Positions 18,363 to 28,137 of a stretch of 64,000 bases of DNA are shown here, piece by piece (position 1 is the first letter of the stretch; every line of letters starts with the position of its first letter). The DNA comes from a virus, in the IMG/VR virus record IMGVR_UViG_3300001097_000002, positions 32,887-96,886 of that record; one strand, 5' to 3'. Both the position numbers and the translations under genes were made by a program. A model generated the notes under the pieces. It saw only the letters and a list, made by a program, of their open reading frames with translations, ran no database searches and had not been told where the DNA came from.

Positions 18363-18653
18363 TTATTATCTCCCATTCTGTTAGTTTTTTATCGTTAACT
18401 TTTTTCATAATTTGATATCTGTTAATATTAGTTGCCTGTACACATTCACTTGTTGACACACAAACCAATATGGTGTTTTTACCTTTATGCCTGTTGTTGG
18501 TGCTATACCTTTTACAAACTCACCATTATTATACACTGTTTTGTATCATATTTTCACACCTTTTAATTGATTAGTTAATGCTTATATATAGTAATGCAAA
18601 ACACGCCTAATGTAAAGTAAACGTATATCATTAAAACTATTACAAATCTTTAC

Positions 18654-18682
18654 TTGACAATGCTTGACAGGGGTGTTATTCT
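18654..18682 (+). promoter_or_regulatory. Sigma70-type early promoter
   Basis: TTGACA-17nt-TATTCT with TG extension; second TTGACA nested. Confidence 0.55.
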
Positions 18683-18965
18683 ATCATTTATACAATATGC
18701 TTAAGAAATTCTCTATACCCTATGCCTCTGGGATATATATATGTTTTATATGCATTCGATAATAATAGTAATGATGCATAACCAAATAGTATAATGTTTT
18801 ATAGTATAGAAGTATGGTCACTCTCAAATGTTAAGTGCCAATAATTGATAATACGCTTTATTTGAGTGATTAGCTACAAAAACAAGCTATAATAAGCTAT
18901 ATTTGAGTGATTAGCTATATAGTATAACGCGAAGCTAATGAAGATGCGAAAGCATCGAATATAAG

Positions 18966-19043
18966 TTGACAACACATAATATTATTGTTATAGTTATTGA
19001 GTAGTTCGGAAAGGCAGTTTAAACAAATTTATATTATTGGAGT
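18966..19043 (+). promoter_or_regulatory. Early promoter/leader cassette copy 1
   Basis: TTGACA...TGtTATAGT; 61-bp block 18983-19043 repeated at 19342-19402, ending in GGAG SD. Confidence 0.85.
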
Positions 19044-19312
19044 CTAAAATGAGTATTATCAAATTGGTTAGTAAATGTCTAAATGAGTATGGTCTACTAT
19101 TCACATATAAGCACACAGGCTTACATACAATAACAATTAGTGATGGTATAACTTTACGTATCAATAATGATGGGAAATATATTGCATTTTATTACTATGG
19201 TTTAAGAGAAGAACAAAGAAAAAACGAAACTGGTATTACTAAAGAAGATATACAATTTATACTTGATGATGCAATGCGCGTTAAACGCATTTATGAAGAT
19301 TTTGTAAGTTAG
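19037..19312 (+). CDS. Hypothetical early protein (start MSIIK near 19049)
   Basis: Follows promoter cassette and SD. Confidence 0.7.
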   Translation: MESKMSIIKLVSKCLNEYGLLFTYKHTGLHTITISDGITLRINNDGKYIAFYYYGLREEQRKNETGITKEDIQFILDDAMRVKRIYEDFVS

Positions 19313-19324
19313 TGTAATAATCAC

Positions 19325-19402
19325 TTGACCTGTTCGTCATATATTGTTATAGTTATTGAGTAGTTCGGAAAGGCAGTTTAAACAAATTTACATTATTGGA
19401 GT
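19325..19402 (+). promoter_or_regulatory. Early promoter/leader cassette copy 2
   Basis: TTGACC...TGtTATAGT; 60/61 identical to copy 1 over the repeated block. Confidence 0.85.
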
Positions 19403-19409
19403 AATTATT

Positions 19410-19679
19410 ATGAGAGCATATCCACTAGTAAGAAACGTTATCATTGTAAACGAAGAAATTAACGGACTTGATACGGTAAAGGTTGATTTCACTCTAAGTT
19501 ATGATTGTAATCCGTTTGATGCAGAAATGGTTGGTACTAATGTTAATACTGACGGAGCAGGATTTATTGAATTCAATAACTTTATAATTGATGATGTTGA
19601 TAGCGTCAGTGAGGAGGACGAAGCCATTATCTTTAAAATATTACGTAAAGAAATCATGCAAGCGTTCACAGTCACATAA
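19410..19679 (+). CDS. Hypothetical acidic early protein (start MRAYP)
   Basis: ATG after cassette SD. Confidence 0.7.
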   Translation: MRAYPLVRNVIIVNEEINGLDTVKVDFTLSYDCNPFDAEMVGTNVNTDGAGFIEFNNFIIDDVDSVSEEDEAIIFKILRKEIMQAFTVT

Positions 19680-19724
19680 AGCTTGTTATGAGACATGCTA
19701 ATTTGACAACAAGGAAAAACGGTT

Positions 19725-20150
19725 ATGACTAGTTTAAAGGCGCAATTGCCTATAAAACCAAAGTTCTCGCAAGTGTCAGAGAAAACTGGTAAAGTGTTTA
19801 ATGATATGACTAAGGATATCAGTAAGAAAAACTTAAGAACTTTTGACAGTACCACTATTGGTAGTGACGGTGAAAAAGTATATATGTACACCAAGGGCGA
19901 CTCTATCATGCAAGCGGCACATTCACGTGGTGGGGTTATTATAGAAGTCCGGTTTCCAACTGCTAATGCGGTTGATAGAGTAAGTGGATGGAATAAACAT
20001 GCAAAGCGGAAATTCATGGTTGTTTATGATAATAGTAAACCTTACGCTGTTATCGGTTCTGGTAATAATGTTGATAGTATTTCCCATGTAGAACTTGATA
20101 AAGATGCTTGGTACACAGTTGATGAATTAGTATCGCGATGTAAAATGTAA
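19725..20150 (+). CDS. Hypothetical protein, paralog of 20275-20727 without targeting leader
   Basis: Shared FDST, AVDR..GWN, VVY.N.KPYAV.GS, HVEL.K..WY, CKM. Confidence 0.8.
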   Translation: MTSLKAQLPIKPKFSQVSEKTGKVFNDMTKDISKKNLRTFDSTTIGSDGEKVYMYTKGDSIMQAAHSRGGVIIEVRFPTANAVDRVSGWNKHAKRKFMVVYDNSKPYAVIGSGNNVDSISHVELDKDAWYTVDELVSRCKM

Positions 20151-20274
20151 TAAGGTAACTATAGTATGGTAGATGATATATATCCGCGCTTAATTATAAA
20201 ACATAGTTAAGCGCTTTTTGTTGGTTGTAAATATATTATCTATGCTGTATAATACAGTTATAGACAAAGGATAT

Positions 20275-20727
20275 ATGATGATTAACACTTTTGAGCAATA
20301 TTTGAATGAGGCTAAGCAGTTGCCAAACCATACTGCTCCATCAGAAGTTTCTAAAAAAGCAGGTAATGTTTTTGATTCTATGGCAAACGGTATTTATAAG
20401 AAAACTGTTGCTAAATTTGACAGTACAGTAATTGAAGACCGTGGCGAAATTGTTTATATGTTTGCTAATAGAAAACCTATCATGGCGGCATATAAATCAG
20501 AAACTGGTGCCAGTGTTGAATTTTGCTTTTCTAGCTCAACTGCCGTTGATAGATGTGCAGGTTGGAATTTGTGGAATGGTCGTGAATTTGAGGTTGTATA
20601 TTCAAACGGCAAACCATATGCGGTAGTGGGTAGCGACTATAACAAACCAGAGTTATTAACACACGTCGAGTTAAGTAAAACGAAGTGGTACGACGAAAGT
20701 ACGTTAGAAGATATCTGTAAAATGTAA
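20275..20727 (+). CDS. Putative internal head protein (capsid-targeting-like N-terminus)
   Basis: MINTFEQYLNEA; AAGGA SD. Confidence 0.75.
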   Translation: MMINTFEQYLNEAKQLPNHTAPSEVSKKAGNVFDSMANGIYKKTVAKFDSTVIEDRGEIVYMFANRKPIMAAYKSETGASVEFCFSSSTAVDRCAGWNLWNGREFEVVYSNGKPYAVVGSDYNKPELLTHVELSKTKWYDESTLEDICKM

Positions 20728-20747
20728 CATTAAATAAGTATAAAACT

Positions 20748-20779
20748 AAAAGCGATATAGCTTATGTTATATCGCTTTT
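20748..20779. terminator. Rho-independent terminator
   Basis: aaaagcgatatagc-ttat-gttatatcgctttt hairpin. Confidence 0.7.
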
Positions 20780-20916
20780 CGGGTTGACTAATTTTTGGTT
20801 ATATGTTAAATTACTATGTAAATACGCACATAATCAATTACTATGAATGCCTTTGTCAATTCAACCCAAACTATAAAAATATTTCTTTTAGTAAATACAA
20901 TAAAAAGGAATATAAA

Positions 20917-21906
20917 ATGGTTTACTACACTTACGAGATACAGTGCAATACAACAAACAAGCGTTATATAGGTTCGCGCATTACTGCAAACAGAGTTGAT
21001 ATTTTAGACGGGTACTACACATCATCAAAAGTAGTTGCGCTATTAATAGAAAAACATGGCATTGATAATTTTAGTGTGATAGGAACTAAACTACACGACA
21101 CACAAAAAGAAGCGATTAAATATGAAAATATCCTGTTACTGAACGCTAAAAACAATAGGCATAAGTACTTAAATATTAATTTTAGCAGTAGTGTTAATGG
21201 AGCAGTAATTAAAACACAAAGCCATATAAAGATTACTAATACGAAAACAAACGAATGTATATACTACCCTAAAAATGTTTCGCTGCCAAAAGGGTGGATA
21301 AAAGGTACTAACTGCAAACCACCTTCGAGAAAAGGGTTTAAGACGTATTATAATACTGAAACAGGTATTACACAGATACTTGGGCCACATGATGATAAAG
21401 TTGGTTACGTGCAAATTACAGCTTATAAAAAGCTATTAAAAAATAAAATGAAATCTCAAAGGGGTATACGATGCGTATGGATAACAAATGGTACCAGTAA
21501 CACTAAAATATACAAAGATGAGAAACCAAGAAAAGAATGGTGGTTTGGTAAAACGTCTAAGGCAACAAAGCATATTATAACAAACGGATATGAATCTAAG
21601 TGGACCAAACGTACTGATGAAATTCCAGATGGATGGAAGAAAGGAAAACATTATAAAACGTTTAGTACTAAAGGTATGATTAGAATAACTGACGGATTAT
21701 CAAACAAAATGATAAACTCCAGTGAAAAAGTACCGGAAGGATGGTTTAAGGGCAAAGCAAGTAAAAAAATATACATATATGATAATGTCACGTTTTTAAA
21801 CAGAAAATTATTACTAGAGTATCTTAATATATCTGCCAACACGTTTAACTACAATCAATTAAAAAATAAATACGATGGTATACTAGTCGTCAAGGAAAAT
21901 ATATGA
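20917..21906 (+). CDS. Free-standing GIY-YIG homing endonuclease (Seg-like)
   Basis: YYTYEI...KRYIGSR, YYTSSK, E..L...YLNIN; repeated ITNG...P.GW..G DNA-binding modules. Confidence 0.88.
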   Translation: MVYYTYEIQCNTTNKRYIGSRITANRVDILDGYYTSSKVVALLIEKHGIDNFSVIGTKLHDTQKEAIKYENILLLNAKNNRHKYLNINFSSSVNGAVIKTQSHIKITNTKTNECIYYPKNVSLPKGWIKGTNCKPPSRKGFKTYYNTETGITQILGPHDDKVGYVQITAYKKLLKNKMKSQRGIRCVWITNGTSNTKIYKDEKPRKEWWFGKTSKATKHIITNGYESKWTKRTDEIPDGWKKGKHYKTFSTKGMIRITDGLSNKMINSSEKVPEGWFKGKASKKIYIYDNVTFLNRKLLLEYLNISANTFNYNQLKNKYDGILVVKENI

Positions 21907-23678
21907 ATATAAAGATACACTACTATAATGAAATATATATGCGTATTGAAACTGAACGTAGCATTGAATATGAATTGCGTGATGAATTTTCATTTTTCGC
22001 AAACGGTTATATGTATAATAATAAGTTCAAGAGTGGACAATGGGATGGTAAAATACGCTTGTATAACGGGCGCGACAAAACGTTATACGTTGGTTTACTA
22101 TTTGATTTATATAAGTTTGCTAAAAATAACGGCTATACAATCACTGTAAACGAGGATGATAAAAATCAATTCAAACCGTCCGTTGTACTTGATGACGCAT
22201 GGATTGAGCGTTTTAATAATGGTATGTCTTTATATCCATTCAAAGAATATCAAGAAAAGGCTTTTATTCAGGCTATCAAATATAATAAAACGCTTATCCT
22301 AAGTCCAACAGGTAGTGGTAAGAGTTTCTTGTTATATGCTATCGTTCGTTACTTGATTGACTGTGGTCACGTGGGTGGTAAGAAGCGTATGCTCATTAAC
22401 GTTCCAAATATTGGTTTAGTTACTCAATTACTATCGGACTTTAAAGAATACACCACTGATGGTTTTGATATCGAGAACTACATTACCCAAGCGGGTGGTG
22501 ATAACGTTGAAGATGATAGCAAACCAATTGTTATCAGTACGTGGCAGACTTCTATGCGTAAACCACAAGAATATTTTGAGAGTTTTACCGCATACGCGCT
22601 CGATGAAGCACACCAAGCAACTGCTAAAGAAATCACCAACATTATTGACAAACTTGAATTTTGCAAGTTTAAAATCGGTATGACTGGCACACTTGACGGC
22701 ACCTCAATGCACGAATTAGAAATGAGAGCGCGGTTTGGTAAACTGTATAGAGCCGCAACTACTAAGCAATTGATGGATAGTGGTGACCTTGCTAAGCTTG
22801 CAATTGATGCTAGAGTTATAATGTATGGCGAGGACGATATCAAAGCGCTACACAAGGAGATACGTGGCAAAACAGCGGTATTAAAGTATAAGGCTGAGAT
22901 TGATTATATCGTTGAACACGAAGGTCGTAACAAATATTTAATGGATACTGCATTTGCCACTGATAAAAATACATTGATGCTTTTTAACTATGTTGATAAA
23001 CACGGTAAGGTTTTACTCGAGAAAATGATGCCTTTACAAGATGAACATTGCAAACGTGTATACTTCATATATGGTGGTGTTAAAGGCAACGAACGTGAAG
23101 AGATTCGACAATTGCTTGATAAAAAGCCTCCTGTATGGTACGACATTTATGTAAGCGACAATGAATTTATTCGCATTCGTGGGTCAAAAACTATTACATT
23201 AACAGATGGTAAAACAGTAAGTGGTTACGATTTACAGCTTCACAAGAAATATGATATATGTAATGAATGGTTGAGGACTGTTATCGAGAACGAATTACAT
23301 TACAATACCATTTCATATAATGACGAAGTAAATTACAAATCCACAAAAACTGTTGTTAAACGCGGGTCATGCATTTTGTTAGCGTCATATGGTACACTGA
23401 CCGTGGGTATTAATATTAAGAATTTACATACGTTATTATTATGTCACCCTGTTAAAGGTCAAATACGGTTATTACAAAGTATCGGGCGTATCCTACGTAA
23501 GACGAATGATAAAAATGAGGTAACACTTATTGATGTTGTTGATAACTTAGAAAAGAAAACCGCTAAGAAAACAAGCAAAAATACGCTACTAAAACAGTTT
23601 TTAACACGTTTAGAAATATACGAAAAGCAAGAGTTTGATTACAATATTAGTAAAGTATCATTAGAAAATAACCAATAG
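21903..23678 (+). CDS. uvsW: UvsW SF2 helicase with about 80-aa insertion
   Basis: WDGKIRL, SPTGSGKS, DEAH, GMTGT, ASYG...GINIKNLH, QSIGRILR. Confidence 0.95.
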   Translation: MNIKIHYYNEIYMRIETERSIEYELRDEFSFFANGYMYNNKFKSGQWDGKIRLYNGRDKTLYVGLLFDLYKFAKNNGYTITVNEDDKNQFKPSVVLDDAWIERFNNGMSLYPFKEYQEKAFIQAIKYNKTLILSPTGSGKSFLLYAIVRYLIDCGHVGGKKRMLINVPNIGLVTQLLSDFKEYTTDGFDIENYITQAGGDNVEDDSKPIVISTWQTSMRKPQEYFESFTAYALDEAHQATAKEITNIIDKLEFCKFKIGMTGTLDGTSMHELEMRARFGKLYRAATTKQLMDSGDLAKLAIDARVIMYGEDDIKALHKEIRGKTAVLKYKAEIDYIVEHEGRNKYLMDTAFATDKNTLMLFNYVDKHGKVLLEKMMPLQDEHCKRVYFIYGGVKGNEREEIRQLLDKKPPVWYDIYVSDNEFIRIRGSKTITLTDGKTVSGYDLQLHKKYDICNEWLRTVIENELHYNTISYNDEVNYKSTKTVVKRGSCILLASYGTLTVGINIKNLHTLLLCHPVKGQIRLLQSIGRILRKTNDKNEVTLIDVVDNLEKKTAKKTSKNTLLKQFLTRLEIYEKQEFDYNISKVSLENNQ

Positions 23679-23685
23679 GGCGTAT

Positions 23686-24039
23686 ATGAGTTTTAATATG
23701 GATAATTATAGTTTAGAAGACATCATTACTAATCTCTGGTGTGTGATTGATACTGTTACGGGTTTAACCCACATCGGTGTTTTAGTTAATGAGAGTGATA
23801 ACACTACTATTGTGTTACACTGTCCGAGATGTGTTATTGAGAACGAAAAAACAAACCAAGTTGTGTTAACACAACCAATGTATATTGGGTCACCTAAAGG
23901 CGTTTTTAAGCTAAATTGCAATACTGCGAATATACAGTTTAGTCCATGTGATGAAGTGGTTGAAGCTTATATTAAATCATTAATGCAAGCAGAAGAATCG
24001 CTTAGTTCTGATATGTATACCATAGACGCAATACAATAA
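23686..24039 (+). CDS. Hypothetical protein (possible Sm-like fold)
   Basis: Position between uvsW and gp55; beta-rich pattern. Confidence 0.55.
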   Translation: MSFNMDNYSLEDIITNLWCVIDTVTGLTHIGVLVNESDNTTIVLHCPRCVIENEKTNQVVLTQPMYIGSPKGVFKLNCNTANIQFSPCDEVVEAYIKSLMQAEESLSSDMYTIDAIQ

Positions 24040-24052
24040 ATGAGGTATTATT

Positions 24053-24562
24053 TTGACAGTTAAAAGTGAAGAAAGGATTAGTGAAGTTACCGGTAAAAAT
24101 GTTGTTGATTATGTTGATAATGAAACGTTCACTGCTGCAATGCATGCATATGTTACCAGACAAAGTGAGCGTGAAGAAGCAGGTTTAACACGTGAAATGA
24201 TACCTGATTACATTGGTGCATGCATTCTAAAGATTGTTAACGGTTTAGGGTCACGTCCAAATTTCCGGAACTACACGTATCTTCCGGAAATGAAAGGTGA
24301 CGCTACGGTAGCAGCAGTAAAAGCAGTACATAAATTTGATATTGAGCGCTGCAAAACTGGTGCATTTGGCTTTATCACTTTCTGCGCTTGGCGCTTCATG
24401 GTAAACCGTATTAAGATTGAGCATAAACAGCAATCCATTAAAGAAAGCATGATTATTGACCCAACCTTTGAATTTTATGAAACTATGGGACATAATGATG
24501 ATGCTGTTAGTATCGACAAAGAAAACAGCATTGATACATACTTCCAAGGAAAAATGAGATAA
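24053..24562 (+). CDS. gp55: Late sigma factor
   Basis: YVDNETF, IPDYIGACILKIVNGL..RPNFRNYTY..EM..DA, AFGFIT, RIKIE. Confidence 0.93.
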   Translation: MTVKSEERISEVTGKNVVDYVDNETFTAAMHAYVTRQSEREEAGLTREMIPDYIGACILKIVNGLGSRPNFRNYTYLPEMKGDATVAAVKAVHKFDIERCKTGAFGFITFCAWRFMVNRIKIEHKQQSIKESMIIDPTFEFYETMGHNDDAVSIDKENSIDTYFQGKMR

Positions 24563-24565
24563 ATT

Positions 24566-25279
24566 ATGAATACAAATAAAATTGAAAATAACTTACAGAA
24601 AATCAAGGCTATTACATTTATTAATTCAGTTATAGATATTAAATGCGTTATTGATTTAGAAGACGAGTGCGTATTAAGTTACACGCATAATATTAAATCA
24701 CCTATTAGAGATAGTAATTTTGGGCATAGTAAACTGTTAGCATATGAAGGCGCCATTGAGTTGTTTCACAAGCTATATGGTAATAATGTACCAGTTGAGA
24801 ATGAACGCGGTAATGACAGCGAATATGCAATGTCTGACTTAATTTATAATTTTATTGAAACTAATACGTTTGATGTTAAAAAATTAACATCTCTTATTAA
24901 CACCATATCAAGTAACCTGAACATTACAGGCGCGTTAAATCGCTTAGCAGGTGAGTTTATTCCTAAATTAATGGCGGGTCGTGCAACAGGTCATACACAT
25001 GCCATCAAACGCTTTATTGTCGATAACCCTAATTTACGAATAGGAGTTGTTGTAAGTGAGTATCAATTTAGAGATGATTTTAAAAAATATAAAAACGCAT
25101 ATATGATTAGAAAGTGTATTGCACCAATCGGTTTCGTTGATGATAGATTACACGGTGTTAAACTTGATTATATTATATATGATGTCATTGGTGATAATGG
25201 ACTTGACATTAATGCACTTCAACGTGTTTTATATGTAAACACTCACGATAATACTAGACTTGTTGGTTTAGGTAACTAA
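24566..25279 (+). CDS. Hypothetical protein with degenerate P-loop-like domain
   Basis: GRATGHT and LHGVKLDYIIYD. Confidence 0.55.
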   Translation: MNTNKIENNLQKIKAITFINSVIDIKCVIDLEDECVLSYTHNIKSPIRDSNFGHSKLLAYEGAIELFHKLYGNNVPVENERGNDSEYAMSDLIYNFIETNTFDVKKLTSLINTISSNLNITGALNRLAGEFIPKLMAGRATGHTHAIKRFIVDNPNLRIGVVVSEYQFRDDFKKYKNAYMIRKCIAPIGFVDDRLHGVKLDYIIYDVIGDNGLDINALQRVLYVNTHDNTRLVGLGN

Positions 25280-25368
25280 ATTTATATAATTGGAGTTGTT
25301 ATGTTTGGTATTTCTATGTTACAATACAGTTTATAAAATTGCAGAATGGGAACTAAAGGTAATTTAAT

Positions 25369-25788
25369 ATGATGTGGACCTCTGGTGTTTTAGATATTTT
25401 TATAAAAACCGAATATTCATACTTAGTAAAAACAGGTATGCTTGAACATGCAATGTTTGAAGAAAATGAAAGGGATTGCCCATACTTGCTTGTTAATGAT
25501 GTCGATGCGTATATTGAAGAACTTATAGGTATTTGTAAATATAATGATTATGTTATTGGTATTATATGCAACAAATCGAGTGATTTTAAAAAATACAGTC
25601 GCATACCTCAGAGTTTTCGCGTATCAGAAAACAGTATACGTGGACGCTCACCAACACACTATATTGTTGACTTTGACTGTATAGATGCAAATATAAACAT
25701 TGCACACGATGCAATTATGCGCTCATGTAATTTTACAGACGCAAAATATTTTAAAACTAAATGTTTACTACCAAAAGAGATTGTATAA
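25369..25788 (+). CDS. Hypothetical protein
   Basis: IRGRSPTHYIVDFD resembles the preceding gene's C-terminal motif. Confidence 0.55.
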   Translation: MMWTSGVLDIFIKTEYSYLVKTGMLEHAMFEENERDCPYLLVNDVDAYIEELIGICKYNDYVIGIICNKSSDFKKYSRIPQSFRVSENSIRGRSPTHYIVDFDCIDANINIAHDAIMRSCNFTDAKYFKTKCLLPKEIV

Positions 25789-25789
25789 T

Positions 25790-26005
25790 ATGTTAGATAG
25801 CAATGATGACTTTGACTTCATCGTAAAACAACAGAAGCGCAAAAAGCAAAGTAAATCAACTTCTGCTCTATATGAAGTTACATATACGAAAAACGAATTG
25901 GATAACGTTTATGATGTACGCGCTAAAAATGAGGGTGAGGCATCACGTAAAGTAAAAAGTAAGTTTGGTAATGTATCAATATCAAATACAGTAGAAATTT
26001 CATAG
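25790..26005 (+). CDS. Hypothetical protein (start MLDSN)
   Basis: ATG right after the upstream stop. Confidence 0.5.
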   Translation: MLDSNDDFDFIVKQQKRKKQSKSTSALYEVTYTKNELDNVYDVRAKNEGEASRKVKSKFGNVSISNTVEIS

Positions 26006-26184
26006 TGTTTGATTATGATTACGGTTTATTGTTGTTTACCATTACACTTCGTTGTAATGGAACAATTATTATTATTAGAGCGAAGTCAAAAAGTATACGC
26101 CTTGCTAGAATAGATATTTTAAAACGTTTTAGTAACGCTGAAGTTGTCGACATTAAATTCATCGAATACGTAAGGTATTAAATT

Positions 26185-26772
26185 ATGAACACTGCTAAGA
26201 AAATAGAATTACCTGACTTAATTAATATGGTAGAAAATGTTAGTTATACAATCCTACCTGATAGTACAATTACGGTATGTAAAATTACATTAAAAAGTGG
26301 CTTTAAAGCTATTGGTTATAGTGTAACAGTTAACGAAGCTGATTTTAATGAACAAACAGGTCAACAGGTTTCGTACGATAATGCAATTGACACGCTATGG
26401 GAACTTGAAGGTTATCACCGTATTGCCAAACAGTATGCTAGTGAACAAATAGATGAAGCTAACACTCACCTGTGGGAAAACAGCACACTTGGCGCTGATA
26501 TTGAGTATGCACAATTAGCACCACTTGCAGCCGATGTTATGTTGCAAGAAATTGTACAAGATAGAAAAGGTTACTTCGATTATTGTGACAAATATGCACC
26601 ATCAACTGATGCGAACAGTAACTATGTACTGCCAGAGCTTGGCGTAATTGAACAATATGTTAAAAAATCAAAAATGCCTGATTGTATAATGAACATATTA
26701 AAAGCAAATAAATTAACAGTTAGGGGTAGATACAAACAGACTAATCTTAAAGCACCTCACAGAGATAATTAA
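26185..26772 (+). CDS. Phage gp49/gp66-family domain protein with C-terminal extension
   Basis: TITVCKITLKSGF..IGYS..V...FNEQ.G...Y.NAI..LW.LEGY. Confidence 0.75.
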   Translation: MNTAKKIELPDLINMVENVSYTILPDSTITVCKITLKSGFKAIGYSVTVNEADFNEQTGQQVSYDNAIDTLWELEGYHRIAKQYASEQIDEANTHLWENSTLGADIEYAQLAPLAADVMLQEIVQDRKGYFDYCDKYAPSTDANSNYVLPELGVIEQYVKKSKMPDCIMNILKANKLTVRGRYKQTNLKAPHRDN

Positions 26773-26984
26773 AACATAAGAATTATACTTGGAACAGCAA
26801 AACACTCCATATCATAGACGTAGGTGTTAATTTAAATTCGCATTCATTGGTTGTTATATGTTATACTAAAACAATAGCAAAGACATAACAGCAGTTATAT
26901 TAGCTGATATTTGAATACAAATAGTAAATATGTATAATGCGTCCTTGCTTAATAGGATTCAACAATTAATTAAGGAGTAAAAAA

Positions 26985-27665
26985 ATGAGCGGTTTTAGAC
27001 AATACCTAAGGGAAAATGCAGACAACAATGAACAGTCACTTAACGAATCATCAATTACAAGATTTTTAAGACACTTCCAAAAATATGATGCTGCTATTAT
27101 TACAGCTTTCCGCGATGGTTTTACAAAACGCGAAAACAAAGCGCGTAATAAAGAGTTATTCTCAGCACTTTATGCGGCTGGCTACTCAATTACTCGAGTG
27201 GATGGTAGCTACATTGAGAACTTTGATACTAAAGACGCTGTCACAGTAGCAGAAGAATCTTACGTTGTTGTCAACTACAAAGAAAAATCAAACTTTCATG
27301 CCACTATCAAAAAACTTGGTATCAAATACGAACAGGATAGTGTATTACTTATCCACAGTGGTGATAAACCGTCTGCCGAATTATTTGGCACTAACAGAGA
27401 TTCAGTCTGGCCTGCGTACGGTACAGGTGAAAAGACTGGTAAATTATCATTATCAAGTGGAAATCAATTCTTTACGCGCCTACGTAACAAAGAATTTGCG
27501 TTTCTGACTGATGAAGACAAAGAGGAAAAGCGCAAGCGTAATAACGGAAAGGTTAATGAAAACAATTATATTGATGTAGGCGATATTGCACCAACTTCAC
27601 GTCTAAGTAAACAAGGTTGTGTTACAGTAGGCAATCGCATTTTAAGCGAATTAGGTCAAATTTAA
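26985..27665 (+). CDS. Putative internal head protein, T4-like conserved hypothetical
   Basis: MSGFRQYLRE...LNESSITR; IITAFR, N..RN.EL, EESY.V, LG.KYEQDSVL. Confidence 0.75.
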   Translation: MSGFRQYLRENADNNEQSLNESSITRFLRHFQKYDAAIITAFRDGFTKRENKARNKELFSALYAAGYSITRVDGSYIENFDTKDAVTVAEESYVVVNYKEKSNFHATIKKLGIKYEQDSVLLIHSGDKPSAELFGTNRDSVWPAYGTGEKTGKLSLSSGNQFFTRLRNKEFAFLTDEDKEEKRKRNNGKVNENNYIDVGDIAPTSRLSKQGCVTVGNRILSELGQI

Positions 27666-27770
27666 TCTATTAAGAAGTATATGTTTAAGAGCCTCATTTA
27701 TTGGGGCTTTTTTGCGCTTGTAATTATACGATAATTGTTATATAATAATTACTAATCAATTGGAGATGCT

Positions 27771-28076
27771 ATGAACAAACTTAAACTTATTAATAAAAAT
27801 AACGGTATAGAAGTAGATGATATTGGAATTATCAGTTTTTTCTTTACTGACAATAAAATACTAAGCATGTCAATTAATATTATAGATAATAAAATTAGTA
27901 CTGACATGCTCCATCAAGCCCATGCTGATTATTCGGGAATTCTACACGCGGTTATCGATAAACTAAACAGTGAGGTATTATCAGTCATGGTTGAAGATTG
28001 CAACCTGGAAAATAATGCGGATGATTATTACCAAGCGGTTAATGCAATCAAAAAGTATTGTGCGGAGTCGTTATGA
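27771..28076 (+). CDS. Hypothetical protein
   Basis: GGAG SD. Confidence 0.6.
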   Translation: MNKLKLINKNNGIEVDDIGIISFFFTDNKILSMSINIIDNKISTDMLHQAHADYSGILHAVIDKLNSEVLSVMVEDCNLENNADDYYQAVNAIKKYCAESL

Positions 28077-28137
28077 CACCTGTGCCAGTATCAGATATAC
28101 GCTCATTCAATAATTGTAAACAAAAAGGAAAATAAAT

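Noticed and set aside
24566-25788. Two ORFs with terminase-like degenerate motifs (GRATGHT; RG.S....IVD) as the missing gp17 fragment 2
   Set aside because: No intein C-terminal (HN/SN + T/S/C) or N-terminal block, and no match to the T4 gp17 Walker A-B interval.
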